Below, piece after piece: positions 37,900 to 42,740 of a stretch of DNA of 42,740 nt. A program made the translations under genes and the position numbers. How positions within the stretch are numbered: the first letter of the stretch is position 1; every line of letters begins with the position of its first letter. The DNA comes from Octopus bimaculoides (Eukaryota). A model generated the notes under the pieces. It was not told where the DNA came from. It did no database searches and saw only the letters and a list, made by a program, of their open reading frames with translations. The DNA is taken from contig NC_068985.1 in assembly GCF_001194135.2 (NCBI RefSeq), positions 47,507,700-47,550,439 on the forward strand, read 5' to 3'.

Positions 37900-37934
37900 C
37901 ATTGATAATAATGCTAGTGATAGTAATAAGGTAA

Positions 37935-38146
37935 TAAGGCGGCGAGCAGGCAGAGTCGTTAGCACCCCGGGTAAAATGCTTATCAGTATATCGTCCATCT
38001 TTACGTTCTGAGTTCCAATTTCGGCGAGTTTGACTTTGCCTTTCATCTTTCTAGGGTCGATAGAATAGAGTACCAATTGATCACTGTCATCTATGTGATT
38101 GACTTAACCCTTCCTCGAACTTGCCGGCCTTGTGCCAAAATCTGAA
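37935..38146 (+). mobile_element. SINE family A (full length)
   Basis: TAAGGCGGCGAGCAGGCAGAGTCGTTAGCAC...GTTCTGAGTTCCAATTT...CTTTGCCTTTCATC...GGCCTTGTGCCAAAA. Confidence 0.9.
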
Positions 38147-38192
38147 TCCAGTTTTAGTGATAATACTAATAATAGAAATCTTTTCTGCTGGA

Positions 38193-38393
38193 GGCATAAT
38201 GCCTCATATTTATGGGGAGGGGAGTAGTCGATTACATCGACCCAGTGAAACACTGGTACTCAATTTATCGACCCCGAAAGGATGAAAGACAAAGTTAACC
38301 TCGGCGGAATTTGAAGTCAGTACGTAATAGTAGACGAAATACCGCTAAGTATTTCGTCCAGCGTGCTAACGATTCTGCCAGCTCACCGCCTAA
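38193..38393 (-). mobile_element. SINE family A (full length)
   Basis: The reverse complement begins TTAGGCGGTGAGCTGGCAGAATCGTTAGCACG. Confidence 0.92.
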
Positions 38394-38915
38394 CTAATAA
38401 CTATAATAAGATAGTCACAATATAAAATACAGTAACATATATATTCTTTACTTATAATGCCGTATGCAGTAGTGATGAAGAGTGCATTACATACACTGAG
38501 ATGCTGAGTGTTTATGCAGGATAAATATGAAAATGAATTTAATCGTACGCATGGAATACACAGGTGTATAAATAGTATGAAATGAAAATTCCATTAGAGA
38601 AGTCATTTTCAGCCAATTAAATAACGTCATCTATACAGAATTTTTCCTGTCGCAAGCAATCTCTCCGAATAGTTTTCTTCAGGTTGTACGTGCAATCTTA
38701 GAACACTCTCATAGTGGAAACAGAAGAGTTATAAAATGTTAAAACTTTTGCACCTTATACCCGAGGGTGCAAAAATCGGGTATAGGGAAAGGATAAAAAA
38801 AACTATGGGGAGAGAGAGTGGGGAGAGATTACAAGTGTTTGCTGGCATAGAACGAAGACGTCTAGATCAGAAAAGACAAATTAGAAAGACAATGGTTGTT
38901 GAAATTGGAGATGGA

Positions 38916-39029
38916 GACTTTTCTTTCTTCATTATCGCATACCTTGTCAGCTGGGCATGCTATACCTATGAACCAGCATCGCCAGCTTTCTTTCTCAATG
39001 TCTGGTTTCCTATTCTCTATCTCATGGTC
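38916..39029 (-). mobile_element. R4/Dong-clade non-LTR retrotransposon restriction-like endonuclease fragment
   Basis: DHEIENRKPDIEKESWRCWFIGIACPADKVCDNEERKV matches the REL motif DHxIxxRRPDI.....xxCxIIDIAxPxD...KExEK. Confidence 0.7.
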
Positions 39030-39040
39030 GCGACCATGAG

Positions 39041-39164
<124 letters not shown>

Positions 39165-40864
39165 GTGATATATTATGTATAACGATTTATAAAAGAATAA
39201 AATATTTTAATACAAATATCATCAAGAGTAATGCATTGACTACGGCAGTGATATCGAATGTATCATAAACTATAATGATAACGTTGATGGTGGTTTTTAT
39301 GATGATCATGTGGAGGAGGAAGAGGATGATTCAGAAGACTAAGAATATGGTGTTGATGTGTAATCTACTACTGCTGTTGATGTTACTGGTTTCTGCTGCT
39401 TTTGCTGGTGATGATGACAAAACAGGAGAAAGTGGGGAATAAGAAGCGGTGTCGTGGAGAATGCGGTTGGTATAATGACAGTCACTTATATCACTTAATT
39501 TCTCAAAACGCTTAATATTTTAATTGAAGAGAGAAGTATAAATTATGAGGGCAAATTACATACATGTAAACGATGGTGTGGTGTATGCATAATTATATTC
39601 AAAATGATGGTGTGCAATGTAAAGTTATATACACATGCTGGTCTGTCTATAGACACATACGCAAAGATAATCTCTTTGTCCCTTTATATATGCTTACATG
39701 TGTGTGTATGAGTGTAAGAGCACATGTGATGATGTTTATTAAATATTCGTGTGTAATATCATATATAAGCGTTTGGGGTAAATTCGAGATGATTATAACC
39801 GAGTTTCTGTGGATTCATATGTTGAATTATAAAATTATAATAGGGAAAAGTGGTTACCATAGATATAACTGTCCAATTAACGATTCCTATATTTTGAATA
39901 TTTTTCGCTTTCTCTCTTCCTCTCTCTTTCTCTCTCTCTCTCTGTCTGTATGTCTGTTTCTCTCTCTCATTATNNNNNNNNNNNNNNNNNNNNNNNNNNN
40001 NNNNNNNNNNNNNNNNNNNNNNNNNNNNNNNNNNNNNNNNNNNNNNNNNNNNNNNNNNNNNNNNNNNNNNNNNNNNNNNNNNNNNNNNNNNNNNNNNNNN
40101 NNNNNNNNNNNNNNNNNNNNNNNNNNNNNNNNNNNNNNNNNNNNNNNNNNNNNNNNNNNNNNNNNNNNNNNNNNNNNNNNNNNNNNNNNNNNNNNNNNNN
40201 NNNNNNNNNNNNNNNNNNNNNNNNNNNNNNNNNNNNNNNNNNNNNNNNNNNNNNNNNNNNNNNNNNNNNNNNNNNNNNNNNNNNNNNNNNNNNNNNNNNN
40301 NNNNNNNNNNNNNNNNNNNNNNNNNNNNNNNNNNNNNNNNNNNNNNNNNNNNNNNNNNNNNNNNNNNNNNNNNNNNNNNNNNNNNNNNNNNNNNNNNNNN
40401 NNNNNNNNNNNNNNNNNNNNNNNNNNNNNNNNNNNNNNNNNNNNNNNNNNNNNNNNNNNNNNNNNNNNNNNNNNNNNNNNNNNNNNNNNNNNNNNNNNNN
40501 NNNNNNNNNNNNNNNNNNNNNNNNNNNNNNNNNNNNNNNNNNNNNNNNNNNNNNNNNNNNNNNNNNNNNNNNNNNNNNNNNNNNNNNNNNNNNNNNNNNN
40601 NNNNNNNNNNNNNNNNNNNNNNNNNNNNNNNNNNNNNNNNNNNNNNNNNNNNNNNNNNNNNNNNNNNNNNNNNNNNNNNNNNNNNNNNNNNNNNNNNNNN
40701 NNNNNNNNNNNNNNTATATATATATCCTGCAATCCCTCACAATATCGTGGTTTATTATTTAAGCTTACGTCGATTCCTCCTTAGTGTTGTTTTGCATTTA
40801 TAATAAAATAAATATATAAAAATTATAGAAATAATAAAAAAGATACAGTGTACACTACTGTTTG

Positions 40865-40936
40865 TACTTCGCGGATTTTCACTTATCGCGGGTGTTTTGA
40901 GAACATAACACCTGCGACAGCTGAGAGATTACTGTA
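40865..40936. mobile_element. One end of a Tigger/pogo-like non-autonomous element
   Basis: TTCGCGGATTTTCACTTATCGCGG...GAACATAACACCTGCGA...GAGAGATTACTGTA; the terminus reads TA-CAGTAATCTCTC on the minus strand. Confidence 0.55.
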
Positions 40937-41296
40937 CAGACACATAAACAGTCATATGCCTATGACCCGTCCTATCATTTCTTCCTTTATCCACCTTCGT
41001 GAACTATTCCTTGTCCATCCTTTTTCCTTTCTCTCCCCACACTCCACCTTTTTTCTTGTATTGTGTTCCCTAACCTTCTCTCGTTTCGTCTTTCCCTACA
41101 TTTTCTCCTCTTTGTACAATCCTTCCTTTTCCCCCATTCTCGGCCATCTTTTTACTGCATGACTATTAATCTAGTGAGATGGGCCTTTCTCAGTTCCTCG
41201 TCATAGCATTTAATTCAGCCCTTAGTTTGGCTTGTTTTTTCTACTTTCCTTCTTTAGTCCGAAAGGATCACATTCTTTCTAATTAGTGTTTCTTTT

Positions 41297-41560
41297 GGAC
41301 ACACTGCCGTATGTCTGACACACGACTCACCAAGTGTCTGTTCCACAGCAAACCGGTAGAAAGCAAGCGCGTGCAAAGTGGGTAGAAAAGCGTTTGATGG
41401 ATACATATAAAATCTCACTGAAGAGTTTTAAGATCAATCCCGATATCAGGGAAATACAAGCACAACAACACAATGCCTGGCGAAGCTTCGCCAACAGAAG
41501 TGTCACCTCCTATAAACACAACAGGATTGCTGGGCACAAAGAAAACGCGAACCATGCAGG
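41297..41560 (+). mobile_element. RTE-clade LINE ORF C-terminal fragment (frameshifted)
   Basis: RMSDTRLTKCLFHSKPVESKR..G* then, in another frame, KRLMDTYKISLKSFKINPDIREIQAQQHNAWRS; typical RTE pattern RMxDxRLPKxxFYGEL..GKR..GGQxKRxKDTLKxSLK. Confidence 0.85.
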
Positions 41561-41599
41561 TCCAGAGAAAAATTTAATGCACTTTTTATTCCTTGCTGT

Positions 41600-42290
41600 G
41601 AGTAGCTTTAGCACGTACCTTTTGCTTCATAGTTTCTATGGTTGTATCGATGTCAAGTATGGTTTTGACATTATATTTTTTTAATTTTCGGATTTTTGAT
41701 GGTTTTATAGTCTTGTCAAACTTAAGATTTATTAAACATTCTATGTCAGACCTAAGTAACTGAAATTGGCGTTGAATATGCTCTTGCCAAGTAGGTTTTT
41801 TGTGAGAATGTTGTCGCATTCTAACCTTTTCGTGACATAGAAACTTTGAGATTTTCGCGGATGCAGTATATATGTGGTTGAGATCTGTAATTTCAACATC
41901 ATTAGCTGAAATTATATCCTTAAGTGCAAGGCAGATTTTACCAATTACTTTCTGGTTTTGGTTAGAGTTGCGAATTTTTGGGAGAGTGTCACGTTTATTC
42001 ATACTGGTTTCTTTAATTTTCAGCCATTCAATCATGATTTTATTTTTTAGGTCAAATCATGTGCAGTTGGGTCAATTTCTGTGTGACTTTGTTAATCTGT
42101 TTGATTTTCGTTTGCTTTGGTGATTATGATTGATTCAGAGAGTATTTCACTTTGCTTATCAGTTACATTAACTCTTTCTATCATTACTGCATTTTCATCA
42201 GACCTGGGCTAGTCTATAATTATTTCCTCTGTAGTATCTTCTTTAGCTGTAACTTCGTTCCCTTTATTTACATTATTTACATTTGACGGA
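41600..42290 (-). mobile_element. R4/Dong-clade non-LTR retrotransposon N-terminal (pre-RT) fragment
   Basis: KRDTLPKI...DLNHIYTASAK...KKPTWQEHIQRQFQLLRSDIECL...LKKYNVKT..DIDTTIETMKQKVRAKA matches the R4-clade pattern PxWKRRLExxIxxLRxDL...KKY......IEELKQKxxAKA. The upstream boundary is approximate. Confidence 0.72.
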
Positions 42291-42555
42291 TATTTGCCTT
42301 CATCTTGTTTGTATGACGTAGTGGTTAAGAGCGAAAAGAAAGAAATAACTGTATTAGAAAAAGAAGAAATGCCTATCGTATGTGAGAGGTTGTTTCTTTA
42401 TTGCAGGAACTTTATTGCAGCATCCAGTGGCAAGTGCACCGCATTGGGAAATAGCTTAAATCTCAGAGCAACAATTTTTAGTAAACAGGAGTAGCTTGCT
42501 CAAGCCACTTTTGTTTTCCATTGTTTTAGCTCTGGGTTTAAAGTTCAGTAATTTT

Positions 42556-42740
42556 CATCATCATCATCATCATCGTTTAACGTCCGCTTTCCATGCTAGC
42601 ATGGGTTGGACGATTTGACTGAGGACTGGTGAAACCGGATGGCAACACCAGGCTCCAGTCTGATTTGGCAGAGTTTCTACAGCTGGATGCCCTTCCTAAC
42701 GCCAACCACTCAGAGAGTGTAGTGGGTGCTTTTACGTGTC
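42556..42740 (-). mobile_element. SINE/LINE 3' end with (GAT)n tail (runs off the window)
   Basis: (CAT)6-CGTTTAACGTCCGCTTTCCATGCTAGCATGGGTTGGACG...CTGGATGCCCTTCCTAACGCCAAC; the tail and body are typical of an abundant octopus retroposon. Confidence 0.8.

Overview
AT-rich eukaryotic scaffold segment full of microsatellites and N gaps. The SINE types and repeat landscape point to an octopus genome; this is inferred from repeat recognition, not a database hit. No complete protein-coding gene can be named, and most long ORFs in the supplied track are artefacts of N runs or simple repeats. Well-supported content: about a dozen copies of two tRNA-derived SINE families plus one (GAT)n-tailed SINE; decayed LINE fragments (CR1/L2-like twice, an older RT piece, RTE, and two R4/Dong-like pieces); a Penelope-like GIY-YIG fragment; and hAT and Tigger-like MITE remnants. 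Less expected: two copies of a minimal hammerhead-ribozyme-like motif with a palindromic ACGT helix III, one beside the Penelope fragment; a 90-bp-arm hairpin with an 8-nt loop; a 150-bp-arm inverted repeat; a near-consensus RFX X-box just upstream of a minus-strand GTAAGT donor; and a chain of phase-compatible candidate exons on the minus strand (36.7 kb to 18.7 kb). The chain's product is unidentified and shows only a weak by-eye resemblance to the S2 lobe of ionotropic glutamate receptors. All gene-level calls are tentative.
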